DNA from: Marsupella aquatica
Taxonomy: Eukaryota > Plantae > Marchantiophyta
Reading direction: 5' to 3'
NCBI GenBank assembly: GCA_973895155.1
Contig: OZ316893.1
Coordinates: 26,524,798 to 26,588,797 of the forward strand
DNA: 64,000 bases
Position 1 is the stretch's first letter; every line of letters starts with the position of its first letter. The notes beneath the pieces were generated by a model. That model was not told where the DNA came from, made no database searches, and saw nothing but the letters and a program-made list of their open reading frames with translations. Below are positions 14,480-26,121 of the stretch, piece after piece. Made by a program: the position numbers and the translations under genes.

Positions 14480-14858
14480 GTGATATTTATCTGTCTTCTG
14501 ATTTCCTAGATTTAAGGACAACTGCTTGATTTGGTTGTTATGATAAACCTCAGTCTCAGCAAGTACATTCTGCAGTTATCCTCTCTTGCAGCTAAGTTAG
14601 GTCTCTTTTCCTTCCGTGAGAAATGCCTTTAATTTGATATAACATTTGTGACCTAGTATATGATATTTATGTGAATGGTCCTATTTTCCTGGATTCTGAA
14701 GGAAAACTGCTAGATTTAGTGACTAGGATAAACCTCAGCCCTCACCTCAGCCTCAGCAAACACATTTCCAGTTACAACTAGTGAAGCTAAGGTCCTCTTT
14801 CCTTCCCACACAAAAACAATTTGTCATGAAATTTGAGACCTAGTAAGCAATATTTACA
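14480..14858. repeat. Degenerate ~180-bp tandem duplication (2 copies)
   Basis: The series tgatatttat..tttcct-gatt..aagga-aactgct-gattt-gt..gataaacctcag..ctcagcaa..gctaag..tttccttcc..tttg-gacctagta occurs twice. Confidence 0.6.
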
Positions 14859-15499
14859 ATTAGATTTGGTTTTTCATTGGAAATATTTGGATATAGTCCA
14901 TCCCTTTAACATGAACCCACCATTGATATCATAAAAACAAGCAATCGTCAAGGCAAGGTCATTTAGAGCATGTGAACTCCACCAAAAATTGAGTCATCTG
15001 ATTTCAATCTACGGTAGGGTGATGGCTCACTCACACTGCTTTATGCACGATTCGACAATCCTTGAAATTGTGCAAGATTTGGACTTAACGTGCAGTCCAA
15101 CAGTGACTCGGGTCCAACAGTCCAACAGTCCAACAAGATGCCATGGGGACTCCACCAGACCCATGTGACTGCCCACCGACATTGGTTATTGTGGGAGCCT
15201 CTTGACACAGTAGGCCATGCACAATACATTCTAGTTGAGCGAGCATTTCACAATAGGTATGCGCAGTAGATTTAAGCCAAGACTTTGGAGAAGGGTGGAG
15301 GAGCAAGAGTTCAACATGGAATGTGAAAGGCCTCTGGGAGGGATCATTGAACACAAGAGGGAGAGTAGACAGCACCAGTTTTTAATAAGATAGTGAAAGG
15401 AGGAAAACACTATCCAAATAGCAGTGCTATGATCAGCGGGGTGTTTGTTGTGTGCCATAAAGAAGGTGTTGCATAATGGATGGCAAGTTGATTGGATTG

Positions 15500-15830
15500 T
15501 GTTAAGGATTGCTCTTAGTCTTGTGACTCATAGGTTACAGCGTTTAGGCTAACCACAGTTAGGTACTTAGCTGAGGTTAGGTTAGTCGTGTATGACCTTG
15601 CATATACCATGGCTAGTGTAAGACGCTGGTACGTGGTGTTTGCTCATTGTAACGAAGCAACTTGAGGAAGAGAGAGAGCTTGTGTGTTTGACTACTCTCA
15701 AGTAAAGTTTGAGTGTTCATGTGGACATAGCCTTGAAGAAGAGATGAACCACGTATGGATTGTGTCGACTACGTGAGCATAGTATGAGTCATGATTGTAT
15801 CGTCATGAAGGAAGACGTCATACTTCAACA
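15500..15830 (+). mobile_element. Solo LTR (~331 bp)
   Basis: TGTTAAGG...TTCAACA ends, near-perfect 5-bp TSD gattg/ggttg, and internal similarity to the 47253-47601 LTR family. Confidence 0.7.
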
Positions 15831-16488
15831 GGTTGCACTTTGTGTCATTAAGTGACTGAAGAGTTGGCGACCTCCAACGTACCAGTAGCTTACGGTATGT
15901 ATCAATCTTTGTTTTAACACAACTTCTTCTCGCGGCCTGCTATGGTGCAATTGTCGGAATTCCGGAATTTAGCAGGACCTGAGAGGCGCCCTTTGTATTT
16001 CTATGGCAACTGGAGTACTTTCAATTGTCATAAATAGTCCTAAACATTGTCGTAGATCTTGGTTTCCTTCCAATGTTCCATGACAGCCCACAATCGGGGC
16101 TTGACATGAGGAGACTAGCGCCCACTCACGCAGACTCTACTACAAAGTTTTCACACAATCAAAATTAATTTCACTCTGAAATCTGGCATGCTAGTGTGTG
16201 CTTCAATACCAATTTGCGTAGTAGGCAGGCTGTCAGCCCTAGACTACAGTAAGTAATGTTCAACTTGACACAAACACCAAATTGGCCTTCTCATTTTGGT
16301 TGCAAGCAAAAGTGGTTTACACATCAATTAATCTGAATGGAATATTTTGCTCAGGAGTTTAAGGACATTCTTTTGGATTGTAGGAAAGAAAGACAGCTTG
16401 CTCTAGACCAAGATCCAGCTAGCTACAGTAGCTCTTGACTTACATTTTAAGGAGACTCATTTTGAAGTCTAGGGTCAACCCTCCAAGA

Positions 16489-16954
16489 TGTTGTGCGCAT
16501 ACACATCGCTACACAACATACATCGCTTGTCACACATATCCAAGCATAGTCACAATCTAACGACACAAACCTCAGAGAATGATCTACAAATGGAACCCAT
16601 GTCCATACATGCCCAAAACCCACAATAATCTTCTTCAATAGTGCAAATCGAACAACGATCGGTGCTAATCCAACAACGATCCCATCCGACGCGATCACAC
16701 ATGTATGTCAAGCCCAACGCACCTTGTGCTTCAAGGAATCCACGTTACATGCACACAACTTGGTCAGCCACACCATAGCCACCAAGCTCATGCTCAAAGG
16801 CTCAACATTGAAAGATGAGGCCTTTGAGCCAACACAAGGGGATAACTATCCCTCACACCAACTCAAACTAAACACAGTGCTCATGTAGCACACATACAAA
16901 CCTCTATACCTAGATAGTACGATATACTTTACTACCACTCTAAATGGTGTGACA
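16489..16954 (-). repeat. 3' LTR of outer element (chimeric: U5 differs from the 5' LTR)
   Basis: 16626-16954 matches 36190-36519 with about 3 differences. 16489-16610 instead duplicates 16957-17078. Confidence 0.85.
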
Positions 16955-17073
16955 GCTGTCGTGCGCATACACATCGCTATACAACATACATCGCTTGTCA
17001 CACATATCCAAGCATAGTCACAATCTAACGACACAAACCTAAGAGAATGATCTACAAATGGAACCCATGTCCA

Positions 17074-17268
17074 TACATAATCGCCAGGATGGATCTTTCA
17101 ATGTAATCTTCTAATCCTCGTGCGATAACCTCCTCCACGAATAGTAGCATACCGCAAAGTATCACGATGTTGGGCAATAGCAAGGTTGTCAAAGGCCATG
17201 GGCATGACTCTCTCAAAAACTCGTGCCCTCTTTGAACAAACCTTGACCCAAACATCTGGATCATCCAA
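17074..17268 (-). pseudogene. C-terminal integrase fragment of outer element
   Basis: Translates LDDPDVWVKVCSKRARVFERVMPMAFDNLAIAQHRDTLRYATIRGGGYRTRIRR[12-nt insertion]FHPGDYV, a Gypsy integrase C-terminal region. It is truncated into the repeat at 17078. Confidence 0.75.
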
Positions 17269-17269
17269 A

Positions 17270-20200
17270 TGTAATCGCAGTATTAAAGTATCATTGGAAT
17301 ATACGAGGAATTTTCCGGTTATGCCATTAACTATTTTCCGGCAGACTTGTGGCCGATATGTTGGTCGTGCGGGTCTCGCCGCTTATTTAGCTAATTATAA
17401 AGCCAATGATGAATAGGGAAAATTCATAAGATCAAATTGTTATCGGCTGTCGACACCTCATTTTCATATTTAGGCTATTGATTACGAATAATTACCTTAT
17501 GAATGTGATACTGGATGGGCAGAGGTACGAGTACAACAGTTGCAGCATCACGACGAATAGCCGCTAGCAAATCTGGTTTCTACCATAGAGCAAGAAATAC
17601 GATGAAAAGGATGCAAGTGATGCTTGTCGACTAAAACGGTAGCCCATAGCTAACCAAGGTAGTTGGAGATCCCAGTCTCCCAAATGACCAACCTGCAAGC
17701 CATACTTACGCAATCCTCTCTTCACAGTTTGTCACTTGCCTATCCAACGATTAATACGTGCAAACCGTACTTTTCCTTGCTTAAACTGTTGGTATCGTAT
17801 TACGGGGTCGTGGAGGGACGCTATTTGGAGGATTTCCACACCTAAGGATGAGTATGTTTGATTCCGCTCCCGGAAGTGTACTTTTTGATCAAGTCTACCG
17901 ACTGGTCTCTCCGTTTTTGATCAAGTCCAAGGGACTGGTCCTACCATCTACAACTCATGCCCGCCGGGTGAGTGCTGTCACCACCCCCCTCCTCTCTTGG
18001 GCAAGCATACCAACATTTACAATAAGATTTGAACACTAGTGACAAGGGCAAATGTTTCCACAACGACACCAACCACACGCACTAGGGGAGGAAAACAAAC
18101 AACACAAGCAATAACAAGTGACGCACAAAATATTGGAACCTCAAGCCAAATCCATATCTCTTGGTGTTTCTCGTAACACATGCAAGGACAACCCGGCCTC
18201 CTGCCGTCTGCCCAACTCCTGCCTCCCGGGGACAAGTGCTACGTTCTCCACCTCACTACTCTGGCTTGAACTTCTCCTAATCGGTGCGCTACTCACAAAA
18301 GCTACTCCAAAGCATCCAAGTACTACGCTGAGTTCCCCCCTAACTACTTCGGGGCTCTCCCCCTAAATACCGAAAAAAACCACACCAAAACACCCCTCAT
18401 GGGGTCACAACGATGGCGGCTACCCTAGAGGCGCTGCTAAAACCCTGCACTAAGAAATCCCTAAACTAAAAAGGCATGCGGCACACACATGCTGCTAAAA
18501 CCCTAAACCCTAAACAAGGGGCCGACGGTGCCTTCGACGGCGCCCCAACTGTACACAATGAACCCTAAAATTGCAAGGCACCCCACAATGGCCGAAACTA
18601 GGTGCCCTATCAATTGTACTTTTGAGCTCACCCTTGGATAGCCCTTCTCCTCCTGATCCCGAATCACTCAGCCGCACTCACAACGGACATCGGACGCCTG
18701 AGTTATGGTCGTTTCCGTATCGCGAAAACACAATTTTGCTAGGCCATAACTTGCTCATCCTGGCTCCGTTTGAGGAGCGCCACCTCTTGTTGGAATCAGC
18801 TCCGCGAGCTCTTTCCAACAAGCCCGTGAGTGACCCCTCACAAAAAAGTTGGAAATCCAGAGGCCGTACAATCACATCCGTACGACTATCTACTCCTCCT
18901 CTTCTTCACTCTCGGTGCCCCGGCTTGTGCCCTGTGAGTGGGCCTCCTCTTCATCACTCACGGGAGTGAGTGCCACCTCACTTTTCTTCTTCTTTACCGG
19001 GGTACCCTTCGTGCTGCCGCTCCCTTGCTTCCTCAAAGTGGCCAAGGCCTGCCACGCCTTGATGTACCCCTCACCAATGGTGTCTTTCCATAGGGTAGCC
19101 TCTTCTCCGGACCGCAACTCCAACGGTAGAACTTGCCCTGTGGCCATGGGAGTCCCGGGGGTGACAGACCTGGGTGGCATCCCTGTACTGACCTGAGCCT
19201 CCCGTAATGATTTCCGTACCTCCCGGAGCTTCTTCTCCAAGCCCTTGCTCTTCTCCTGACTCTTCTTGGCTCCATCCAACAAGGGCCCATACTTCCCACT
19301 AACCTCCTTCACCACCATCTTAATAGCCTGGGAGATCAAATCCGGAGAAAGTGTGGAGCTAGGTGTGCCGGGGCTCTTCCGTTTCCCCAGACTTAAGGCC
19401 TCACTCCTCTTTGCTCGTGTCTCAAAGGCGGCCACCTGACTCCGTAGTGCTCCCACCTGGTTTCTCCACTCCACCACTTCTCCAGAATTCTGCTTCTCTT
19501 TGGCCAATGCTTGTCTCAATGCTCCCACCTCTTCTGCTTCCTTGGCCTTGGTGGACAAGGCTCCCTTCAAGTTGGAGATCTCTACGTGAGCTGCTTGGAG
19601 AAGCTTAACCTTCTCATGAATGGTCCCCTCCTTGGCCTTGATCACCTCCTTCAGAGACAGGGTACTCTGCTCTAACGTCTCTACTCTGGCTGTGGCGTGC
19701 TTGAGAGAATCTCTCAATGCGTGGACTGGCTTGAGTCCCTCATGGACTCCCTCTCTGAATTCCCGTAGCTCTGCCAGGTAAACATCCGGAATGTTGTAGA
19801 CCAGGGGTTTTTTTGGATCTCCCACGAGTGATTCAAGCCACTCCAACGTGTAGTCCTCATCCTGGTTTTCTTCTCCTCTATCGTCATCCCCACCAGCCGA
19901 TGATGATTCCTCCGTGAGCTTCCCTAAAACGGTAGTGGCAATACTCCGGATCTCCGTGGTGAGAGATGATCCCGTGTCTTCCTGTCCCGGGGAACCAATC
20001 AACCTTTCTGCCCTGGCCAATACAAATGACCCCATCAAATGTACAGCCCCACCTGGTTTCTCACTCCCGAGGTCAGCGGCCAACAGCTTCTTCAACCAGT
20101 AGTACCACCATCCGTACACATGGGCTGGGTGGTTCTTGATGTCCATAGCTACCACAAAATGCTCTTCATTCACCACCCCGGATTGCATGTTGCCAAGGAC

Positions 20201-22254
20201 CCGTTGATGAACCTTGGCCAGGAATCCCTTATACTCAACATCCTTGACAGCGGAAAGAGGGATGGCAGTGGTGGAGGTGGGATTAATCACCCAAGTGGCC
20301 ACCATCTTCAACGTGAGTTCTCCCCTAATGTGCCGAGGTGTGAATGAGAATTTCTGATTCTCCAGAAACAGCAGCCTAGCCAACTCCACATGGGGCACTA
20401 CACGTTTGAGACATTCAAAGTAGATTCCCTCCGTTCGTAACTCCATCCCGGCCTCAATGTCCCAGCTCTTCCCCGGGGGGATGGTAATCTCCACCTTCAT
20501 GAATTCTGTAACCCCGGTGGCTTGGAAAATATTCCGACAATCCTCCATCACCTTGGCGGAGGTCTTGGGATAAATTCGACAAAAAATCCTCCTACCCACT
20601 GGCGTGGAACCTGCTGCCAATCCCGTGCTCATCGTAGCTTCTCTCTCTTCTCTCTCCCTTGCAATCAAAGTCTCCACGTAGTCACGGTAAGCAGCCTTGT
20701 ATCTCCGAATGCGTGCCACACTAAACTCCGGTTGATCTAGCATTCATGCATCCCAAAATCAAATCAATCACCAAATCCTGTCACCCGTAGCAATGTCAAT
20801 TCCCTGGCCCGAAATAGCCCCCGTATCCCGATCAATCAATCACCTTCCTTAATTCCCTCAGAAGCCACTCCGTGCTGCTGCCGCTAATGCCCGGAAGAAT
20901 CATGCCAACAAGCCCCAACAATTGACCAAGAGAAAGAGCTTCCAAAATAATTGCAAAATGTGGAGAGAGCTTTCGGCAGAGCAAGAAGCCCCGCAAAGAG
21001 AAGGGAGGAAAAAAAAACGAAATACAAAGAAAAGGGGAGAAAACCCCTTTCTTCACCCTTCCCAACAATTCTTTGTCCCGGCTCCCCTCACGCCATACGC
21101 CCCAGCTCGCGGCCCTATGCAGGGCGCACACAGGCTGACACGCGGCTGCCGCTTCCCCGTTTCTCGCCCGCCGTGCCCAGTACCTGCCTCCCACTAGTCG
21201 GGGAGCATTTATTCCCCCCGTACCTCTCTGCCTTGGGCCTCCGCGCCCCCCCGGTTTCCTCCTACAGCCCCGCGCCCTCCTCCTGCTCGCGGGAGCCCTT
21301 TCCTGCCCCGGCTCGCCTCTTTACACGGCACGCGGCCCTATGCAGGGCGCACTAGTACCTCATTACTCCCGGCCTCAGCCTCCCGTCTATGTCTCCCGGC
21401 TGCCGTTTAGTCCCCCTCATGGGAGGGTACAGGGTGCCTCCCTTATCCCAGAGTGTTGCGCCCCTTTTTGGGGATTTAATTTTTTTTCCCGGCAACCTCT
21501 CTCACAGCCACCCCCGCTCACGGGCTCACGGGAGGGTTTAATACCCCCCCCCTTTACTCCTCGGCTGCGGCCCGGCTGCCCTCGCCCTGGCTCGCGCTTG
21601 CTCAGCCTGGGGATTCCACGTGGCGGCCCTAGGGCTGCCCCTTATGGGCCCCCAAGTGCTCGCCCTCTGCCAGGCCACTTTAAGGGGTATTTAACCCCCC
21701 CTCCGCGACCTTCCTGCACCGGCCTCCCTACTTAGTACTCGCGGTGCCCCTTAAGGGGGAATTTTAATTTCTCCCCCACACCTCGGCGCCTCGCTTCCTT
21801 CAGCTCGCGGGGCTCCTTCAAACGGGGGATTTAATCCCCCCCTTCCTTCTCCTGAACGCGGCCCTATGCAGGGCTCGCGACAGCCTCCTCCTTGTCCAGC
21901 CCGGCTCCGGCTGCCCATAAAAAAAAACTTCCCCCTAATCACACTGCCGGGGTCACCTCTACTCAAAAACTTCCTTGCTCCCTGTCCTGTTTTATTTCTT
22001 CTTCCCACCAACCTTGCTATTGAGTTCTCTAAAAATGGCCATAAAATAATGGGGAGTCCCCCAAAGGCAGGGCCCTCCGCCCAACATAATTGCAGAACAA
22101 TTAGGGGATAAAAATAAATACAGTTCTTCGGTCACAGGTGATAGAATTAACTTACAAAAAATTGAAAAAATGGTTATTTACAATGGTTATTTACACTGCG
22201 CAACACTACGCGACCAAGTTATTCGTGATTTTGAGTGACGGGGACCCCGTCACA
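17270..22254. mobile_element. 5-kb TGT..ACA-bounded insertion inside the outer integrase (LTR-derived fragment, no TSD)
   Basis: Integrase coding stops at AERVVQTV (22255) and resumes at 17268. The intervening DNA starts TGTAAT and ends GTCACA. Flanks ccaaa/cagtt do not match. Confidence 0.7.
18890..20743 (-). CDS. Hypothetical TE-associated protein with C-terminal coiled coil (617 aa)
   Basis: Long uninterrupted ATG-started ORF: globular N-half, acidic linker, heptad-rich K/E/A/L region and a basic KKKK tail. It lies within the 5-kb insert. Confidence 0.65.
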   Translation of the reverse strand: MLDQPEFSVARIRRYKAAYRDYVETLIAREREEREATMSTGLAAGSTPVGRRIFCRIYPKTSAKVMEDCRNIFQATGVTEFMKVEITIPPGKSWDIEAGMELRTEGIYFECLKRVVPHVELARLLFLENQKFSFTPRHIRGELTLKMVATWVINPTSTTAIPLSAVKDVEYKGFLAKVHQRVLGNMQSGVVNEEHFVVAMDIKNHPAHVYGWWYYWLKKLLAADLGSEKPGGAVHLMGSFVLARAERLIGSPGQEDTGSSLTTEIRSIATTVLGKLTEESSSAGGDDDRGEENQDEDYTLEWLESLVGDPKKPLVYNIPDVYLAELREFREGVHEGLKPVHALRDSLKHATARVETLEQSTLSLKEVIKAKEGTIHEKVKLLQAAHVEISNLKGALSTKAKEAEEVGALRQALAKEKQNSGEVVEWRNQVGALRSQVAAFETRAKRSEALSLGKRKSPGTPSSTLSPDLISQAIKMVVKEVSGKYGPLLDGAKKSQEKSKGLEKKLREVRKSLREAQVSTGMPPRSVTPGTPMATGQVLPLELRSGEEATLWKDTIGEGYIKAWQALATLRKQGSGSTKGTPVKKKKSEVALTPVSDEEEAHSQGTSRGTESEEEEE

Positions 22255-24607
22255 CAGTTTGTACAACTCTCTCTGCCAATCCATCTGCCTCAGGATGATC
22301 GCAAGAAGTAGTACGATGATCAATCAGAGCTTGCTCACACAAACCCTCAAAATCTCCACGGAATTCCGTGCCCTAATCAGTCAACACCTCAGCTGGTGCT
22401 CCAAAGTGACTGAGTACTCGATCCAAAAATGTGGTAGCCACTCCTCCACTAGCTTTATCTGGCAATGCCACTAGTTCAATCCACTTGGAGAAGTGCTCCA
22501 CCATAACCAAAACATACCGATTGTGACGTTGGGTAAGAGGCAATGGACCAGCAAAGTCCAAACTCCATCGATATCCCAAACCCATGATCGGCAGCGGATG
22601 CAACTGGGGAGTGGGAGCATTGAACGATGCTCGCACTTGATCACAAACCACACACTTAGCTATCAATTGCTGGACATCAGTGTGCATACCACGCCACCAA
22701 TACTGTGTGTGCAGCAAGCTATAAGTGCGCTTCACACCAAAGTGCCCTAACTCTTCGTGCGCATGTCGCACCAAATGTACTCGTTGTGACGGTTTTGGTA
22801 CAACCAATACCTTCCCATCACGTAGTACCCTCAAAAGATGGTTTCCTTCCCATCTAAATCTCTTGGCTCGTTGTAGAACCCTATCACGCTCCTTAGCATC
22901 AACATTGCCACCAATGGAGCCAACACGCAAATATTCCAACACTCTCACATCGTTGTGAATATCTTGCTGTCCAAAAACTACATCACCAACATCCATATTG
23001 GAAGACTCATCATCTCCTCTATCCAATGAAGTAGAGTCTACATATCCAGTACATACTGGCACCCAACAAAGGAAAGTAGACGCATGCCATCCTGGCACCA
23101 TCTCCTTATCCGTCTCACCATGCCATCGGGCTCCAATCTCATCCTCTTGACTGGTACATGGATTGCGGCTCAACCCATCCGCATCCAAATTCACTTTTCC
23201 AGGTCTATGCACAACCTGAAAATCATACTCCTGCAACAACAATGCCCATCGTGCAAGCTTCCCTCTAAGCTTGTCAGACTCCATTAACCACTTGAGAGGT
23301 TGATCATCAGTGATCAAGGTGAACAAATTACCAAACAAATAGCAACGGAAATGTGCCACAGCCCACACTGTTGCCAAACACTCTCCCTCATAAGAGCTAT
23401 ACTTAGCCTCTGCTGAATTGTTGGATCTACTGGCATACGCCACAACAAACTCACTCCCCTCATCATCCTTCTGAGTCAACACTGCTCCAAGCCCTACTCC
23501 ACTCCAATCAGTGTGAAGCTGAAATGGTCGCCCTGAAATGGGTCTTCTCAAAATAGGTGTTGACGCCAGTCTTTCCTTCAACTCTTGGAAAGCATGCTCC
23601 TGGTCGTCTCCCCAAATCCACTCTTGATCCAACTTAGTGAGTATAGTTAAAGGTTTAGCAAGTTGGCTAAATCCTTTAACATACCTCCTATAGTAGCTCG
23701 CCAATCCCAAGAATGCACGAACTCTGCTCACATCAGTAGGACGAGGAATCTGTGTAATGGCCTCCACCTTAGTTTGATGCACACCCAATCCTCCTGGGTA
23801 GATAGTGTGGCCCAAATACTCAATCTTCTCTTGAAAGAACTTACACTTGCCGGGATGGAGCTTCAATCCATGTTCCCTCAATCTCTCAAACACAATCTGC
23901 AAATGTCTCTGATGTTCTTCCACAGTAGAAGAATAAACCAAAATATCATCAATATAACATCTAACAAAATCCAAACCTGCAAGGATTCGATCCATGACTC
24001 TCTGGAACTCAGCTGGTGCATTCTTCAACCCAAATGGTAAGAACAACCACTGATACAAACGATCTTTGCCATAAGAATCAATCCCCCAGAATGTTGTCTT
24101 GGACCTGTCAGAATGCCTAATTGGCAACTGATGGTACCCCGCTCTGAGGTCCAACGAACTAAAAATCCTTGCATGCCCCACTGCATCAAAGATCTCCTCC
24201 GGTGTGGGCATGGCATATCGATCAGATTTTGTCTGACGATTAATAGGCCGGTAATCACCGCACATTCGCCTATCCGTGTAATTGCCATGTACATCCTTCT
24301 TGGCTGGCATCACTGTGGCAGATGCATACTCCCCATATGAAATCTCCACCAAACCAGCTTCCAACAAATCCTGAGTTCTACTCTGAATCAACGCCCTCTC
24401 CATATCACTATATCGGTATGGTCGTCGAAAGATTGGCGCATCACTAGCCAATTCAATCTGAATACCAGGGCCCTTCAATGTTCCCAAATCCTTCATGCTA
24501 AATGCAAAACAATTCCCGTAACTCTTCAAGAATTGATGCATTCGACGTCTCTCACCCCCTGTCAACTTAGGGCCAATTTGTGGCTCCCAACTCTCCATCA
24601 AAGCCAT
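22255..24607 (-). pseudogene. Gypsy RT-RNaseH-integrase (one premature stop, truncated by insertion)
   Basis: RRMCGDYRPIN, LDLRAGYHQ, PFGLKNAPAEFQ and YIDDIL (RT); HTDWS and YEGECLA (RNaseH); HEELGH..CVVC (zinc finger); SLDFAGP, TD*GTEF and GLAERVVQTV (DDE core). Confidence 0.95.
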
Positions 24608-24646
24608 GTTGTCTTCCTTTGGGGTTGAAGAGATAGTCGGTGGTTG

Positions 24647-26116
24647 CTATTTAGCAACAATTTGAGCAGTCCCAACCTGCTCGACAATCTGTCCTGCCTT
24701 GGCCAATCTTGCCATAGGTCCATGGACTGTCTGCTCGCCCCCAGCTGTGGTCGCTACTGTCTTAGTAGACCGCAAGCTCACCAATGGACGATCAGTAACA
24801 CCAAAAGAGCGCATCCGCAATTGTTCAGCTAATCCCAAGCTGATAATCCAAGTCAAGAAATTTAAATCCATGGCTTGACCAAGGACTTGGCAGCGTGAAC
24901 GCTCTGACACAGAAGCAACTACAGTAGTGCCAGTCAAAAATCCCATAGCACGCTCTCTTTCATCAGCAGTAGGTTCCACTAATTGTTGTAGAGCTGTATC
25001 CCATACAAGTCCAGGCCCACCTGCTCTGAATGCATATGAAGCAGAATGGCTCACAAAAGTGGGTAATGCATAACGTGGGCGACCAACTACATTGACCACT
25101 GCCAATGGAGGTCTGTCAGGCTGGGTCACACCTTGTGCACGACGCCCTGGATCCAAAATATCATCCACCACCAAGGTTGTTGAGCGAGGAATGCTATCAA
25201 ATGCTCGCTTTAACACCTCACAAGGTAACAAATTAGTCCACCACAAGCGTGGATGATGTGCACGAGAACCCACACGTGCAGCATCCAATAACACAGCAGG
25301 TCCAATCCAAGACTTAACCTAATGAACGCTGGCAACAAGTCGATGACGATCATCACCCAATAATGGCACATTCTCCAAAATGTAGGGAGGGGAATGTGTC
25401 TGATGCAACTGAAGATGACGCAACACCCGTAACATCTCCCAAAACAATGCAGATCTTGGATCATGAAGTCCATCTCCAACTCCAGCTCTAGATTGACCCT
25501 GACATGGCCAACCTGCAATCACGAAATCAATGGGGCCAACGCGATCCAGATGATCCGCCCCCAACAATGAAATATCAGTTGGTAATGCATGTTGATAACC
25601 ACGAACGGCATCCACTGGCAACAATTGTGGGTAGCGTTCGACCAACAATGCCACATGATGTAATGAGACTCTACGTGTTGTCTCATCAGTCTCCACATAC
25701 AAATAACGACGCACCGAAATGCCGGCTTGAAGAACGGCAGGCAATCCAGTGCTAATTCCACCGAATAAATCCAACAAACAAATACCCTCATGTGGATATT
25801 GCCATGCAATAGGAGTAGTATCCAGTGGTGAAAGAGTCACTGGTCCATTTGCAGTTGATTGCTCTGCTCCTGATTGCGGTGTGAAAGCATGACGCCATGC
25901 ATCATATATCAATCGGGCCGCACTTTGTGGCAAGGCCTGTCCAGTACCCCATATTGGTGTCACAACACTATCAATGGGCAATCCATGCATCAAGTGTTCC
26001 TCATGTGCCTCCTCCACTGTAGAAACATCTGCTGCATGTGCGTTACCCTCAATCAAATCATCAGTTCCAGTAATCAAACTACTAAATGCTGCCAAAGATA
26101 ATGGTGCAGATTTGGG
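24647..26116 (-). pseudogene. DNMT3-like C5 DNA cytosine methyltransferase domain within the pol polyprotein
   Basis: Motif I LLDLFGGISTGL, motif II YLYVE, motif IV IAGWPCQG, DPRSALF, motif VI ILENV, motif VIII AHHPRLWWTNL, motif IX ERERAMGF and motif X RCQVLGQAM. In frame with the protease upstream and RT downstream; stops at 25319 and 24647. Confidence 0.92.
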
Positions 26117-26121
26117 GCCTC

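Noticed and set aside
24647-26116. Bacterial restriction-modification methylase or contamination
   Set aside because: It is in frame within a Gypsy polyprotein, has DNMT3-like motifs, and is flanked by spliceosomal-intron plant genes.
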